64,000 nucleotides of DNA, taken from assembly GCA_965208835.1 (NCBI GenBank), contig OZ242358.1, positions 576,001 through 640,000 of the forward strand. Reading direction: 5' to 3'. How positions within the stretch are numbered: position 1 is the first letter of the stretch; each line of letters starts with the position of its first letter. Made by a program: the position numbers and the translations under genes. The DNA comes from Candidatus Latescibacterota bacterium (GTDB lineage: Bacteria > Latescibacterota > UBA2968 > GCA-2709665). The notes under the pieces are model-generated. The model worked only from the letters and a program-made list of their open reading frames with translations, was not told the DNA's origin and made no database searches. Shown here piece after piece: positions 19,880 through 29,956 of this stretch.

Positions 19880-21529
19880 CTACGGAAACAATCCTCTCAG
19901 GAGTTTCGCCTGGGTCACGCGGTGTATTCCTTCTATCAGCGCTGCGGTGCGTAGATCCAATCCATCGCGTTCGGACCGTTGAGTGGTCCGCTGGAACGCG
20001 TTGAGCAGAATCTGCCTGAGTCGATCGTTGATCTCCTCCAGCGTCCACATATAATTCTGCGTGTCCTGTACCCACTCGAAATAGGAAACCGTAACCCCTC
20101 CGGCATTGCCGAGTACATCAGGCAGAATGAACACGCCTCTTTCCTGCAGGATCTCATCCGCTTCCAGGGTTGTGGGTCCATTGGCGCCCTCGGCCAGGAT
20201 TCTGCACGAGATCCTCTCCGCGTTGTCGGCGCTGATCTGATTCTGTATCGCGGCGGGAACGAGTACGTCGCAGGGCAATTCCAGCAATTCCCGGTTGCTC
20301 ACGGCGTCCCCGCCCTTATATCCTTCCAGAACCCGGTTATCATCCACGTGACGCAGCAGCGAATCCACGCTCAGACCATCGGGATTGTAAATGCCGGTGG
20401 TCACGTCGCTTACGCCCACAACCCGGACGCCGCAGGCCTCGAGGAATCTCGCCGCGCTGCTTCCCACGTTTCCGAATCCCTGGACGACGGCGGTCGCGCC
20501 GCTCAAATCCATACCAAGATGTCTGGCCGCTTCTTCAACCAGATACACCAACCCCCGTCCCGTCGCTTCGCGGCGGCCTTCGGAGCCGCCAAGCACAACC
20601 GGCTTGCCGGTCACGACCGCGGGCACTGTATGACCCATCTGATGGCTGTACGTGTCCATCATCCACGCCATCACGTTTTCGTCCGTGCCCATGTCCGGCG
20701 CGGGGATGTCCTTCTGCGGTCCGATAACGTCGATGATCTCAGACGTATACCGGCGCGTCAGGCGCTGCAGTTCGCGACGGGAGAGCACGGTTGGATCAAT
20801 GCGCACGCCGCCCTTGGCGCCGCCGAACGGGAGGTCCATCAGGGCGCACTTCCAGGTCATCCACATGGCCAGGGCGGTAACCTCGCCCAGGTTCACGTCG
20901 TGATGGTAGCGGACGCCGCCTTTCGTGGGCCCCATCGTCAACAGATGTTGAATCCGATAGCCGGCAACCGTCTCCACGTATCTGTGCTCGTCCCGCCGGA
21001 ACGGAAAGGTGACCACGTGGGTGCGCTGTGGAAACAGCAGCCGCTGCCGGATGTTATCGTCCAGCCCCATCAGGTGGGCGGCCTTCAGGAACTGCTGCTG
21101 TGCCAGGCGGAACATCGGCGATTCCCACTCGGCGTGCTGCGCCCGGCTGCGTTCCACGGCGTATCGGATCGACCTCACCAGAAGCGGGCTGTCCAGCTGG
21201 GATTTTACCAGATAGTCCTGCGCTCCCGCCTCAACCGCCCGTGCGGCCAGTTTGATGTCCTCCACGCCGGAGAGGATGACAACGGTCAGGTCCGGATACG
21301 CGGCGCGCACACGCAGGTATGTTTCGAGTTCCTCGCTGTCCGGCAGTACCAGGTCCAGCAGCAACAATTCGTATCCGTCCGCCGCAAGCCGATTGAGCCC
21401 TTCCGCGAGCGTACCCGCCGAATCCACCTCGAATTCGGGGCCCTCGGATTTGGCAAGCAGTTCCTGAATCAGACGGCTGTGAAGCGGATTGTCCTCAATC
21501 AACAGCGTTTTCAGCTGTGTGCCTGGCAT
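19880..21529 (-). CDS. Receiver domain fused to Glu/Leu/Phe/Val (glutamate) dehydrogenase
   Basis: REC: IEDNP, LLDLVLPD, VILSG, QDYLVK. GDH: GPTKGGVRY, MTWK...GGAKGG, DIPAPD, GKP...ATGRG, QGFGNVG, NAGGVTVSYFEW. Confidence 0.93.
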   Translation of the reverse strand: MPGTQLKTLLIEDNPLHSRLIQELLAKSEGPEFEVDSAGTLAEGLNRLAADGYELLLLDLVLPDSEELETYLRVRAAYPDLTVVILSGVEDIKLAARAVEAGAQDYLVKSQLDSPLLVRSIRYAVERSRAQHAEWESPMFRLAQQQFLKAAHLMGLDDNIRQRLLFPQRTHVVTFPFRRDEHRYVETVAGYRIQHLLTMGPTKGGVRYHHDVNLGEVTALAMWMTWKCALMDLPFGGAKGGVRIDPTVLSRRELQRLTRRYTSEIIDVIGPQKDIPAPDMGTDENVMAWMMDTYSHQMGHTVPAVVTGKPVVLGGSEGRREATGRGLVYLVEEAARHLGMDLSGATAVVQGFGNVGSSAARFLEACGVRVVGVSDVTTGIYNPDGLSVDSLLRHVDDNRVLEGYKGGDAVSNRELLELPCDVLVPAAIQNQISADNAERISCRILAEGANGPTTLEADEILQERGVFILPDVLGNAGGVTVSYFEWVQDTQNYMWTLEEINDRLRQILLNAFQRTTQRSERDGLDLRTAALIEGIHRVTQAKLLRGLFP

Positions 21530-21728
21530 AGTCCCATCGTCTGCGACTGGCGCGATTCAAGATGTGAGGGTGTACATCGGATATTTAGTCCTATTGCCGA
21601 TACGAGTCAAGTCCAACGCGCTGCAAGAGGCGCATTTATGCGATTTGTTGCGGTATTTCCCGTCGAAACGGCAAGGGATGTTTCAATGCCCTCCTTGATT
21701 TCATCACGAAACCGATCCCAAGGATTTA

Positions 21729-21890
21729 GAAGCTGTCTTAAGATTCCCAGCGGTCTTCGCGCGGCTGCAAAAGCGCCGGTCGGCGTTGGTCAAACCCACC
21801 CGTATAGACAAATAGGGGCGGGTTTTCCCGCCTTGACCGCTACTTTTTCGCTCGCGCTCGGGAACTCACCGGAAATTTTAAGACAACTTC
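21729..21890. mobile_element. 162-bp MITE-like element with TTA target duplication
   Basis: TIRs GAAGCTGTCTTAAGATTCCC and GGAAATTTTAAGACAACTTC (17/20 match); TTA at 21726-21728 and 21891-21893; no transposase. Confidence 0.75.
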
Positions 21891-21928
21891 TTAGACGAAT
21901 AGACCGGTTTCGGGTTGCACGTTATCCT

Positions 21929-22900
21929 TCACCGGCGCTCGCTCCTCAGGTCAAGCCAGTCCAGCTCATCCGGCGTCAGCCGGATTTCCATCGCCTCACG
22001 GTTCAGGCGGCTTTCCTCGACCGACCTGCAGCCCGACACGGTAAAGACGTTCTGGGGCTGGTTGAAGAGGTACGCCAGCGCGATCTGCGCCACGGTCTTT
22101 CCGCGATCGCCGGCAAGTTCCGTCGCGCGTTCCAGCCGGTTGAAGTTCTCTTCGTACCCGTAAACCTGCGCGCAGCCAACCGTCAGTGTATTTGCCGTCT
22201 GGTTGATGTTCTCGCGCGTCAGGAGACCGGAGAAGAATCCCTGCGCCAGGCTGGACCAGGAAAACACAGGCATCTGCGACTCCCGGTACCAGGCTCGTTC
22301 CCCGGCTGCGCGGGGGCCGGAGATACTCAGGCAGCCCTCCCAGATCTCATTCATCCGCACGGCCAGACTGAAATTCGGACTGCTGGCCACAAACGGCCTC
22401 AGGCCGCGTTTCTCCGCATACAGGTTTGCTTCCCGGATTCGATTCACCGTCCAGTTGGACCCGCCGAACGCGCGGATGCGCCCTTCGGACATGTGCTCGT
22501 TCAGTGCCTCCACGAGCGGCCCCACCGGCACCCCCGGATCGTCCCGGTGAAGCAGGTAGAGGTCGATATAATCCGTTCTGAGCCGCGCCAGGGAGTCGAA
22601 GAGGTCCGAAGCGATGTCGAAAACCGTCACCCGGCGGTCCCGGTCCGCATTGGGATGCCCGCCTTTACTCAGAATGAACACATCGCTGCGGTTGTTTCGC
22701 CGGTCCATCCAGGCGCCCAGCGCACGCTCCGACTCTCCGTTTCCATAAACGGGCGCGGTATCGAAACTGTTGCAGCCAAGCGCCCTGATCCCGTCGAGGA
22801 AATCGATGCTCGCCTCGAGATCGTCCGTCGAGACCATCAGCGTACCTTGAACCAGCCTCGAGACCGGTTTGTCAATGCCCTCGACCCGGCCGTATTTCAT
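21929..22900 (-). CDS. Aldo/keto reductase
   Basis: FDTAPVYG, SKGGHP, DYIDLYLLHRDD, GGSNW. Confidence 0.92.
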   Translation of the reverse strand: MKYGRVEGIDKPVSRLVQGTLMVSTDDLEASIDFLDGIRALGCNSFDTAPVYGNGESERALGAWMDRRNNRSDVFILSKGGHPNADRDRRVTVFDIASDLFDSLARLRTDYIDLYLLHRDDPGVPVGPLVEALNEHMSEGRIRAFGGSNWTVNRIREANLYAEKRGLRPFVASSPNFSLAVRMNEIWEGCLSISGPRAAGERAWYRESQMPVFSWSSLAQGFFSGLLTRENINQTANTLTVGCAQVYGYEENFNRLERATELAGDRGKTVAQIALAYLFNQPQNVFTVSGCRSVEESRLNREAMEIRLTPDELDWLDLRSERR

Positions 22901-22985
22901 AGGGACTCCATATTAAATATGATATATAGGATATGCTATATATAGTATAAATCGCAGTGTTGAAAGGAAGCTATCAGATAAAGGC

Positions 22986-23415
22986 GGGCGCCCACAAGGG
23001 ACGCCCCTACAAATTCATCTTCGGCGCGGCACGCAGGACGTTCAGTTCGTGGAATATTGGTATTGTAGGGGTGTGCCTTGTGGGCGCCCGTCCCCGGACA
23101 TAGATGCGGGCCGCCGATGGCAAGTCCCATTATCCGCACCACGACGAGGGCACCACAAGGGTTGCCCCTACGAATTCAACGTCGACGCGAAACCTAGGAC
23201 GTTCAATTTCGTAGAAATCTGGTTTTGTAGGGGCGCCCCTTGTGGGCGCCCGTCCCCCGGACATAGATGCGGGCCGCCGATGGCAAGTCCCGCAATCCGC
23301 ATCGCGACGAGATTACACACAAGGGACGCCTGTACGAATTCAACAACGATGCGGAAGGCAGATGCCTGCGATTCGTGGATGCGTGGTCTTGTAGGGGCGT
23401 CCCTTGTGGACGCCC
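22986..23415. repeat. Tandem REP-doublet (BIME/REPIN-like) array, 6 GTAG-type REPs in alternating orientation
   Basis: Consensus GTAGGGGCGyCCCTTGTGGGCGCCC at about 22986(-), 23065(+), 23148(-), 23227(+), 23317(-, degenerate), 23391(+); period about 162 bp. Confidence 0.85.
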
Positions 23416-23428
23416 AGTCTCCCCGAAA

Positions 23429-24415
23429 TCATTCCATCGGAAATTTCAGCCCGATCCGGTCGCGGATCGTGTCCATCGTCCCCATGATGTCAACGGTCTC
23501 ATCCAGCGGGATCTCCTCGCTTTCCAGTTTCCCTTCGCGCAGGTAACGGCCGACCGCTTCCGCCTGGCAGTTGTACCCGTTCCCGTCGTACTTGCGCTCG
23601 ACCGGCGTCTCCTTGCCGTCTCGCACCAGAGTCGCGGTCGTTCCGCGCCAGTACGGCGGATGAATGCGGATTACCCCCTTGGTACCCATAATGTGAGCCC
23701 AGTGAGACGTGCCGCACTGAATGGACGTGAACAGCATGGCCATCTCTCCCGCGTCGTATCCGAGCATCATCCCCGCCTGCTCGTCCACCTCCAGTTCTCC
23801 GATATGCCCCATACTCATCACCCGGGACGGCACGCGGCGGTACACCATCGACGCGAACGAGAGCGAATAGATGCCGACGTCCATGAGCGCCCCGCCGCCC
23901 AGGGCAGGGTCATAGAGGCGGGACTTCGTCGTGCCGGGACTGGATCCGAACCCGAAGTCCGCCGAAACCATGCGCACCTCGCCGATCTGGCCGTCTTGAA
24001 GCCATTGCCTCACCTGATACATGATGGGCAGGAAGCGCGTCCACATGGCCTCCATCAGAAAGAGCCCTTCCTCCCGGGCAGCCGCGACGATGTCCGCGGC
24101 TTCAGAACAATTGATCGCGAACGGCTTCTCGCACAGTACCGGTTTGCCCGCTCGCAGACAGAGGATACTGTTCTCTCTGTGGAGAGAATGCGGCGTTGCA
24201 ACGTAGATGACGTCCACGTCCGGATCGTTCGCCAGGGCCTCGTAGCTGGGGTGCCGCCTGGAAATACCAAATTCGTCTCCGAACGCATCGGCAGCCTGCT
24301 GCGTCCGCGAACCTACTGCGACCGGTTCCGCGTCCGGAACCGCACTCAGGCCCTTCACGAACGACCGCGCAATGGCCCCCGTGCTCAGGATACCCCATCG
24401 GATGCTCTCGCCCAT
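23429..24415 (-). CDS. Gfo/Idh/MocA oxidoreductase
   Basis: WGILSTGAIA, YVATPH, LCEKP, MEAMWTRF, GGGALMDVGIY. Confidence 0.93.
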   Translation of the reverse strand: MGESIRWGILSTGAIARSFVKGLSAVPDAEPVAVGSRTQQAADAFGDEFGISRRHPSYEALANDPDVDVIYVATPHSLHRENSILCLRAGKPVLCEKPFAINCSEAADIVAAAREEGLFLMEAMWTRFLPIMYQVRQWLQDGQIGEVRMVSADFGFGSSPGTTKSRLYDPALGGGALMDVGIYSLSFASMVYRRVPSRVMSMGHIGELEVDEQAGMMLGYDAGEMAMLFTSIQCGTSHWAHIMGTKGVIRIHPPYWRGTTATLVRDGKETPVERKYDGNGYNCQAEAVGRYLREGKLESEEIPLDETVDIMGTMDTIRDRIGLKFPME

Positions 24416-24487
24416 CTCCTTTTCCTCCCTGTTATTCCCATATCCAACGCGACCTTGCGATCTGTCCCGGCGGAACGACGGCACCGA

Positions 24488-26344
24488 CTACGCGCCCGTG
24501 CCGCGGGATGTTCCGCCATCGCCCGCGGTCAACACGCGGGGCGACAGCGCCTCGAGCCGCGAGAGCGGCTCCTCCAGGCTGCGAATCGCCTGCACCCAGA
24601 AGTCCGACTTTTCGAGGTCGCTGCCGAGGCTGCGTTTCGCCACGTTCTCGGCGGTGTCACTGCCGGTTAACCGAAGGAAGCTTTCATACCGGGGCAGGAA
24701 GTCCGGCCCCTCCTTCCGGAACATGGCATAGAGCCCCCGGCTCAACAGATAGCCGAAGGTGTACGGAAAATTGTAAAACGTGACTCCCGTTATGTAGAAA
24801 TGCAGCTTGGATGCCCAGAACCAGGGGTCTTCTTCCCCCTCCTGAAGCACGTCGCCGAGTACGCCGCGCTGCTTCTCCGTCATCAGCGCCTTCAACTGAG
24901 AAACGCTCAACTCACCGTTGCCGCGTTCCTCGTAAAGCGCCTTTTCAAACTCGAAACGGACCGGAATGTCCAGAAGATAGGTACCCCCGTGGCCCACCTC
25001 CGAATCGAGGACCACCGCTTTCTGCAGGTCGCCCACGTCCGGGTTCGAAAGGACCCCGTCGGCCAGGATCATCTCGGCGAACGTGGAGGCGGACTCCGCC
25101 AGCGTCATCGGGTAATGTCTCGCAAACGGCCGCAGATCGCGCATCACGTGGCTGTGAAACGCGTGGCCCGCCTCGTGCGCGAGCGTCAAGGCGTCGCCCA
25201 TGGTGCGGTTGTACGTCATGAATATCCGTGACTCGGAGATCATCGGGGATCCTGTGCAAAAGCCGCCGGGTCGTTTTCCCGCACGCGGCTCATAGTCAAT
25301 CCATCGCCTGTCGTACATATCCTGCGTAAACCTTCCCAGCGCAGGATAAGCCGTGGCGAACGCACTCTGCACCAGGGATTTCCCCTCATCCCAATCCATG
25401 GGCGACACATCGGGAAAGGGCAGCGGGGCGCCAAGATCGTACCAGGCCACCTTTTCCTGGCCCATCGCCTTCGATCTGAAACGCTGGATACGGCGCCCCA
25501 CATCGATTTCGGAGAATATCGCGTCGAACATCGCGTCCAGCGTCTTCCGCGAAATAGCGGACTGGAACAGGGCCACCTCGAGAAAATGCGGGACCTCGCG
25601 GTAGCGATTCATCGTCAGCCGTGTGCCGGATATCGCGTTCAGCGCGGCCGCCGCTACGTCTTCAACGCTTTCCCATGCCGCGTTGCCCCCCTCGAACGCG
25701 GCCCGCCGTACCCGCCGGTCCGGATTTTCCATCAACGACCGCCGCTGGGAGATGGGCACCTTTTCCTCCCGGCCGTCGGGAAACCGCATATCGAATTCCA
25801 GCTTCCCGGACAGGGTATCGTAAAGCCGGCCCCACGCCGAGATGCCGTCCACCCTCAGGTCGGCTGCGAGCGCCTCGCGCGCCGAGTCCATGGTATAGCG
25901 GGCCTCGCGGCGCATGCGACCCAGGAGATAACCGGCGTCCGAAAGCGACTCCCGGCGTGTGAGCGCCTCGAAGTTGCCGTCGGACGCCGTCTTCAATCCC
26001 CGCAGCAGTTCCGTCTGAAGCTTGGTGGCTTCTGCGTATTGCAGCGTCAACGCGGCCTCTTCCTTCAAATAGGCCTCGTTTCGCGCGTCGGCTGCCGTCA
26101 GGCATCCCACGTAGGAGGCCACGTGTCGCAGACGCGTGAACAGGTCCTCGCTGCGGAGGAGGAGATCCTCCCAGGTCTCGACATTACCCTCGTCCAGCGG
26201 CTCCAGAGCCCTCGCCAACTCCAGCAAATCCCGCGTATCCGTCTCCAGGGCGTTCTTGAACTTCACCATCTCCGGCCCGTTGAACGTCGGGAAGTAGCTT
26301 TTCAGATCCCAGTCCATTCCTGCTTCGGCAACAGTCTCCACCAT
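24488..26344 (-). CDS. pepF: Oligoendopeptidase F (M3B)
   Basis: GKRPGGFC, TLAHEAGHAFH, AESAS, FYNFPYTFG. Confidence 0.9.
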   Translation of the reverse strand: MVETVAEAGMDWDLKSYFPTFNGPEMVKFKNALETDTRDLLELARALEPLDEGNVETWEDLLLRSEDLFTRLRHVASYVGCLTAADARNEAYLKEEAALTLQYAEATKLQTELLRGLKTASDGNFEALTRRESLSDAGYLLGRMRREARYTMDSAREALAADLRVDGISAWGRLYDTLSGKLEFDMRFPDGREEKVPISQRRSLMENPDRRVRRAAFEGGNAAWESVEDVAAAALNAISGTRLTMNRYREVPHFLEVALFQSAISRKTLDAMFDAIFSEIDVGRRIQRFRSKAMGQEKVAWYDLGAPLPFPDVSPMDWDEGKSLVQSAFATAYPALGRFTQDMYDRRWIDYEPRAGKRPGGFCTGSPMISESRIFMTYNRTMGDALTLAHEAGHAFHSHVMRDLRPFARHYPMTLAESASTFAEMILADGVLSNPDVGDLQKAVVLDSEVGHGGTYLLDIPVRFEFEKALYEERGNGELSVSQLKALMTEKQRGVLGDVLQEGEEDPWFWASKLHFYITGVTFYNFPYTFGYLLSRGLYAMFRKEGPDFLPRYESFLRLTGSDTAENVAKRSLGSDLEKSDFWVQAIRSLEEPLSRLEALSPRVLTAGDGGTSRGTGA

Positions 26345-26355
26345 ACGTTTTTCCC

Positions 26356-27492
26356 TCAAGAAGTAAGTTCCAAACCAAGAATCCTTGCCGTGGTTCCCCC
26401 CATGATCATCCTCTGGTCGTCCGCGCTCAAGAATGCGCAGTATTTCTCAATCCACCGCCTCGACTGCCTGTACGTACAGAACCGGTTCTGAAACGGCATA
26501 TCCGTTCCCCAGTTCAGGTGTTCCGCGCCCACATTGGCGACCATGGCTTCCATCACCGGCCACACCTCACGGTACGGAAAGTCGAACCAGTCTCCGATTC
26601 GGACGGGGAAGCAGACCTCCAGATTGCAGTTCGGGTTCTCGAACGGCAGCCAGATCTCCCCCGGCATCGGCAGGAACTTTCCGTCCGAAACGAATGCGCG
26701 CCAGGGGAAACCGTGCGTCAGATTCACGACGACATCAGGATAGCGTTCCATCCAGCGGACCAGGACCTTCTGTTCGTCCAGGTAGCCCTGACGTGCCCCT
26801 TCGGGCGTCATCCGCCGCCTCACGTCGCCCGGTCCGGATCCCAGCGTAAAGAAAACCGGCACGCCCAGCGACGTCGCCGCATCCCAGAACGGCCGGCAGG
26901 ATGCCGCGTCCCACGGCTCGGTGGCGCCGAGGTACGCCGGCCGCGCGTTGAACTTGATCGCGTGGAGCCCGTGTACCCGTATCGCTGTGTCGAGTTCCTC
27001 GATCACCGCATCCGTCTCGGTACGGATGCGCCACTCGTCAACAGGGGCCATGGACCGGAGCCGGTCCGGGTACTGACGCACGCACTCGGCCAGGAATTCG
27101 CTGTTGCGGGTCAACATCGGGTTCGTGTGGATGAGCGCCATGTCGACGTACGCGTAGTCCATTTCCGCGATCAGGCTGTGCGGCGTAAATTCCAGGTTCC
27201 GCAGGTTCGGTGGATAAAATTGCTTGGTATAGTCCTCCCCGTCGATCGTCCAGACCACCCGCCCCTTCTCTTTGTCCACGCGGAAGTTCGCGTCGGGCAG
27301 GTCGCTCCAGGACTCGTAATCCGTGGGGATCAACCCGTCCGACGTCGCCGGCGCCCGGTCCCGCACGCGCCAGGCCGGCTGGTGGTGGAGGCCCTGGGCC
27401 TCCTGGACCCACTTCAGGTGTTCCTCGCTGTTTTCGAACCCGGCCGGATCGTCACCCGGCTCGAAGCAATAGGCGTGGGAGTCGAAGATCAT
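26356..27492 (-). CDS. Amidohydrolase-family protein
   Basis: MIFDSHAY, AEMDYAYVD, WGTDMP; the usual HxH appears as HAY. Confidence 0.8.
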   Translation of the reverse strand: MIFDSHAYCFEPGDDPAGFENSEEHLKWVQEAQGLHHQPAWRVRDRAPATSDGLIPTDYESWSDLPDANFRVDKEKGRVVWTIDGEDYTKQFYPPNLRNLEFTPHSLIAEMDYAYVDMALIHTNPMLTRNSEFLAECVRQYPDRLRSMAPVDEWRIRTETDAVIEELDTAIRVHGLHAIKFNARPAYLGATEPWDAASCRPFWDAATSLGVPVFFTLGSGPGDVRRRMTPEGARQGYLDEQKVLVRWMERYPDVVVNLTHGFPWRAFVSDGKFLPMPGEIWLPFENPNCNLEVCFPVRIGDWFDFPYREVWPVMEAMVANVGAEHLNWGTDMPFQNRFCTYRQSRRWIEKYCAFLSADDQRMIMGGTTARILGLELTS

Positions 27493-27509
27493 CGAATGAA
27501 ACCCTCGTG

Positions 27510-28310
27510 TTATGCTGCGACCTGTTCGGGCATCAATGCGTCCTCTCCGAAGATCATTGAGAAGGACGATTTGCGACTGGACCGGGTCCGCGCGTCGATA
27601 TAGCAGACGCTGAATGCCCGCCTGGGAATATCGACCCGGTTCAGACCCGAGCGGTGCAGGAGCCAGTTGTGCAGTATCACAACCTCGCCCGGCTCCATCG
27701 TCAGGTCCACGATCCTGTCTTCGGGACAGAATTCCCGCTCCTGCTCGTCGGTAATGGTGTGTCCCTTCTCGCTCAGAATCCCCAGTTGATGCGACCCCGG
27801 CACCACCTGCACGCATCCGTTTTCAGTTGTGGCCGGGTCCAGCGCCGTCCAGACCGTGACCAGCGGGTCCCGGTCCACGTACCACGAACTCCCGCCGTCC
27901 TGGTGCCAGGGCAGGTCGGAGCCCTGTTGTGCCGGTTTGTTCATGAACATCGCCCTGAAACAGGCCACAGACGCGTGTGCGCCGTAGATGTACCCGCAGA
28001 TTTCCCTGAAAACCGGCTTCTTCATATACGCCAGAAACAATGCATCGAACTCCAGTCCCTGAATCTTCCGATACCCCAGACTGGCGCCCTGATGGCCGAT
28101 TCCGCCGCCCTTCACCTGGTCATACCGATCGGTGTTCGAATCCAGCTGCATCGTCAGCCGTCCATAGTCCAGTGGCGCCCGGCCCAGCATGACTTCGTCG
28201 ATACGCTGCTGCAAATTCGCGAGTTCCTCCCGGCCGGACTGTCTCCCGATTTTCAGGAAACCGTCCCGGTGGTAATCGCTCCACTGGTCCTGTGAAATGA
28301 TCCGTTGCAT
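27510..28310 (-). CDS. Phytanoyl-CoA dioxygenase (PhyH) family protein
   Basis: PWHQD, TENGC..VVPGSH, LLHRSG.N. Confidence 0.92.
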   Translation of the reverse strand: MQRIISQDQWSDYHRDGFLKIGRQSGREELANLQQRIDEVMLGRAPLDYGRLTMQLDSNTDRYDQVKGGGIGHQGASLGYRKIQGLEFDALFLAYMKKPVFREICGYIYGAHASVACFRAMFMNKPAQQGSDLPWHQDGGSSWYVDRDPLVTVWTALDPATTENGCVQVVPGSHQLGILSEKGHTITDEQEREFCPEDRIVDLTMEPGEVVILHNWLLHRSGLNRVDIPRRAFSVCYIDARTRSSRKSSFSMIFGEDALMPEQVAA

Positions 28311-28381
28311 GAGGTATTCCCCCGGTAGAGATTGAAAAAATGCGCGGTTACCCTCGGTTGATTCCGCGTGAGTTCCTGACG

Positions 28382-29956
28382 TCACGACACGGTTGCCAGG
28401 CGGTCCCGTACGACCTGCTTCTGAATCTTGCCGACCGATGTCCTGGGCAACGCATCCACGAACTCGATCGTGTCCGGGACCTTGAACGCCGCGAGCCGCC
28501 GGGCGCAATAAGCCCGTATTCCTTCCTCGTTCAGATCCGCGCCCGGTACAGGCACAACCGCCGCGACGACCCGTTCGTCCCGAATCTCATCGGGCACGCC
28601 CACCACGCAGACATCCGCGACGCCTTCGCATTCCTGGATCACGCCCTCTACTTCGATACTGGAGATATTTTCTCCCGCCCGCCTGATCAGGTCCTTGCCG
28701 CGGTCCATAAAATACAGAAATCCGTCTCCATCCGCCCGTACCGTATCCCCGGAATACAGCCAGGTCCCGTCCGAATGGCTTCGCAGGGTTTCGGCCGTTG
28801 CGGCGGGGTTCTTAAGGTACCCCAGCATGATCGTCCGTCCCGGGATCCCCTTCACGATCACCTCGCCAGGCGTGCCCGCACCCACCTCCTGATCCTGTTC
28901 GTCAACCACCTTCACTTCGTATCCCGGCACCGGTTTTCCCATTGCCTCAAGGTTGCGTTCGCCCGTCAACGGACTCATCACGGGGAGCCCGCACGTCTCC
29001 GTCATTCCCCATAGCTGCTGCAGCGGCGCCCTGAACCGTCGATGCCAGGTCGCATACTGCGCAGCGGTCAGATTCTGGGCGAACGTGATGTTGCGGATCC
29101 CGTGCGCCGCGTCGGTGTTTCGCTCCGGCTGGTTCAGCAGCATCCGCAGCAATGCACCGAACACGGCGGCCATGGTGCAACCGTATTCAACGGCCTGCTC
29201 GAAGAACCGGCTCGCGCTGAAACGGGCCATCACCGCCACACTCGCACCGGTTACCACGGACGGCCACAACGCGTGGCATTGCGCCCCGGCGTGAAAGAGC
29301 GGGAGCGTCACCAGGTGCCGGTCGTCACGTCGCAGGCCGGAACCCGCGGCGAACACTTCAGCGCCGTAGACGAAACATGCATCGGTCAGCATCACGCCCT
29401 TCGGCCGCGAGGTGGTGCCGGACGTATAGAGGAGTTGCACCACACGGTCCGCCCCTCCGTGCCCGTTCGGCGGTTCGGCCTTCTGCCCGGACAGCGCTGC
29501 TTCGTAGACCGGGTATCCGTCTGGCAACGATTCTCCGGTATCGCATACCACCGTGAGGATTTCCGAATCCGCCGCAACCCCGTTTGTCACCTTCAGGCAT
29601 TCCGCTTCCGTAAATATCGCCTTGCTTTCCGAATGGGCGACCAGATACGCCAGTTCGTCCGTTGTAGAGGCCGGATTCGTGGGCATCGCCGTCGCCCCCA
29701 GGTAAGACGAGGCAAGGATCAGCTGTGCGTAGGCCGGATGGTTGGACAGGTGCAGATTGAAGACGTCTCCACGGCGAATTCCCAGTTCCCGCAACAGATT
29801 GGCCGCCTGATGTACGCTCTTCAGGAACGCGGCGTAAGACCACCGGAAGACCTGCCCGTCTCCCCGTTCGTACACCATCCACTCACGGTCCGGATGTTTC
29901 CCGGCGAAACCTGCGAAATCGCGGTAGAGCGTCCGGTCCGGCGCAATTTCGATCAT
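28382..29956 (-). CDS. Acyl-CoA ligase, CaiC (crotonobetaine/carnitine-CoA ligase)-like
   Basis: YTSGTTSRPKGV, WGMTET, SGD, DRGKDLIRRAGENIS, PRTSVGKI. Confidence 0.88.
   Translation of the reverse strand: MIEIAPDRTLYRDFAGFAGKHPDREWMVYERGDGQVFRWSYAAFLKSVHQAANLLRELGIRRGDVFNLHLSNHPAYAQLILASSYLGATAMPTNPASTTDELAYLVAHSESKAIFTEAECLKVTNGVAADSEILTVVCDTGESLPDGYPVYEAALSGQKAEPPNGHGGADRVVQLLYTSGTTSRPKGVMLTDACFVYGAEVFAAGSGLRRDDRHLVTLPLFHAGAQCHALWPSVVTGASVAVMARFSASRFFEQAVEYGCTMAAVFGALLRMLLNQPERNTDAAHGIRNITFAQNLTAAQYATWHRRFRAPLQQLWGMTETCGLPVMSPLTGERNLEAMGKPVPGYEVKVVDEQDQEVGAGTPGEVIVKGIPGRTIMLGYLKNPAATAETLRSHSDGTWLYSGDTVRADGDGFLYFMDRGKDLIRRAGENISSIEVEGVIQECEGVADVCVVGVPDEIRDERVVAAVVPVPGADLNEEGIRAYCARRLAAFKVPDTIEFVDALPRTSVGKIQKQVVRDRLATVS

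Noticed and set aside
19979-22945. 988-aa plus-strand ORF
   Set aside because: Antisense shadow of REC-GDH and the AKR that also crosses a MITE; no recognisable motifs; long antisense ORFs are expected at high GC
22986-23415. CRISPR array
   Set aside because: Repeats alternate in orientation and the linkers are themselves repeated, which is REP/BIME organisation
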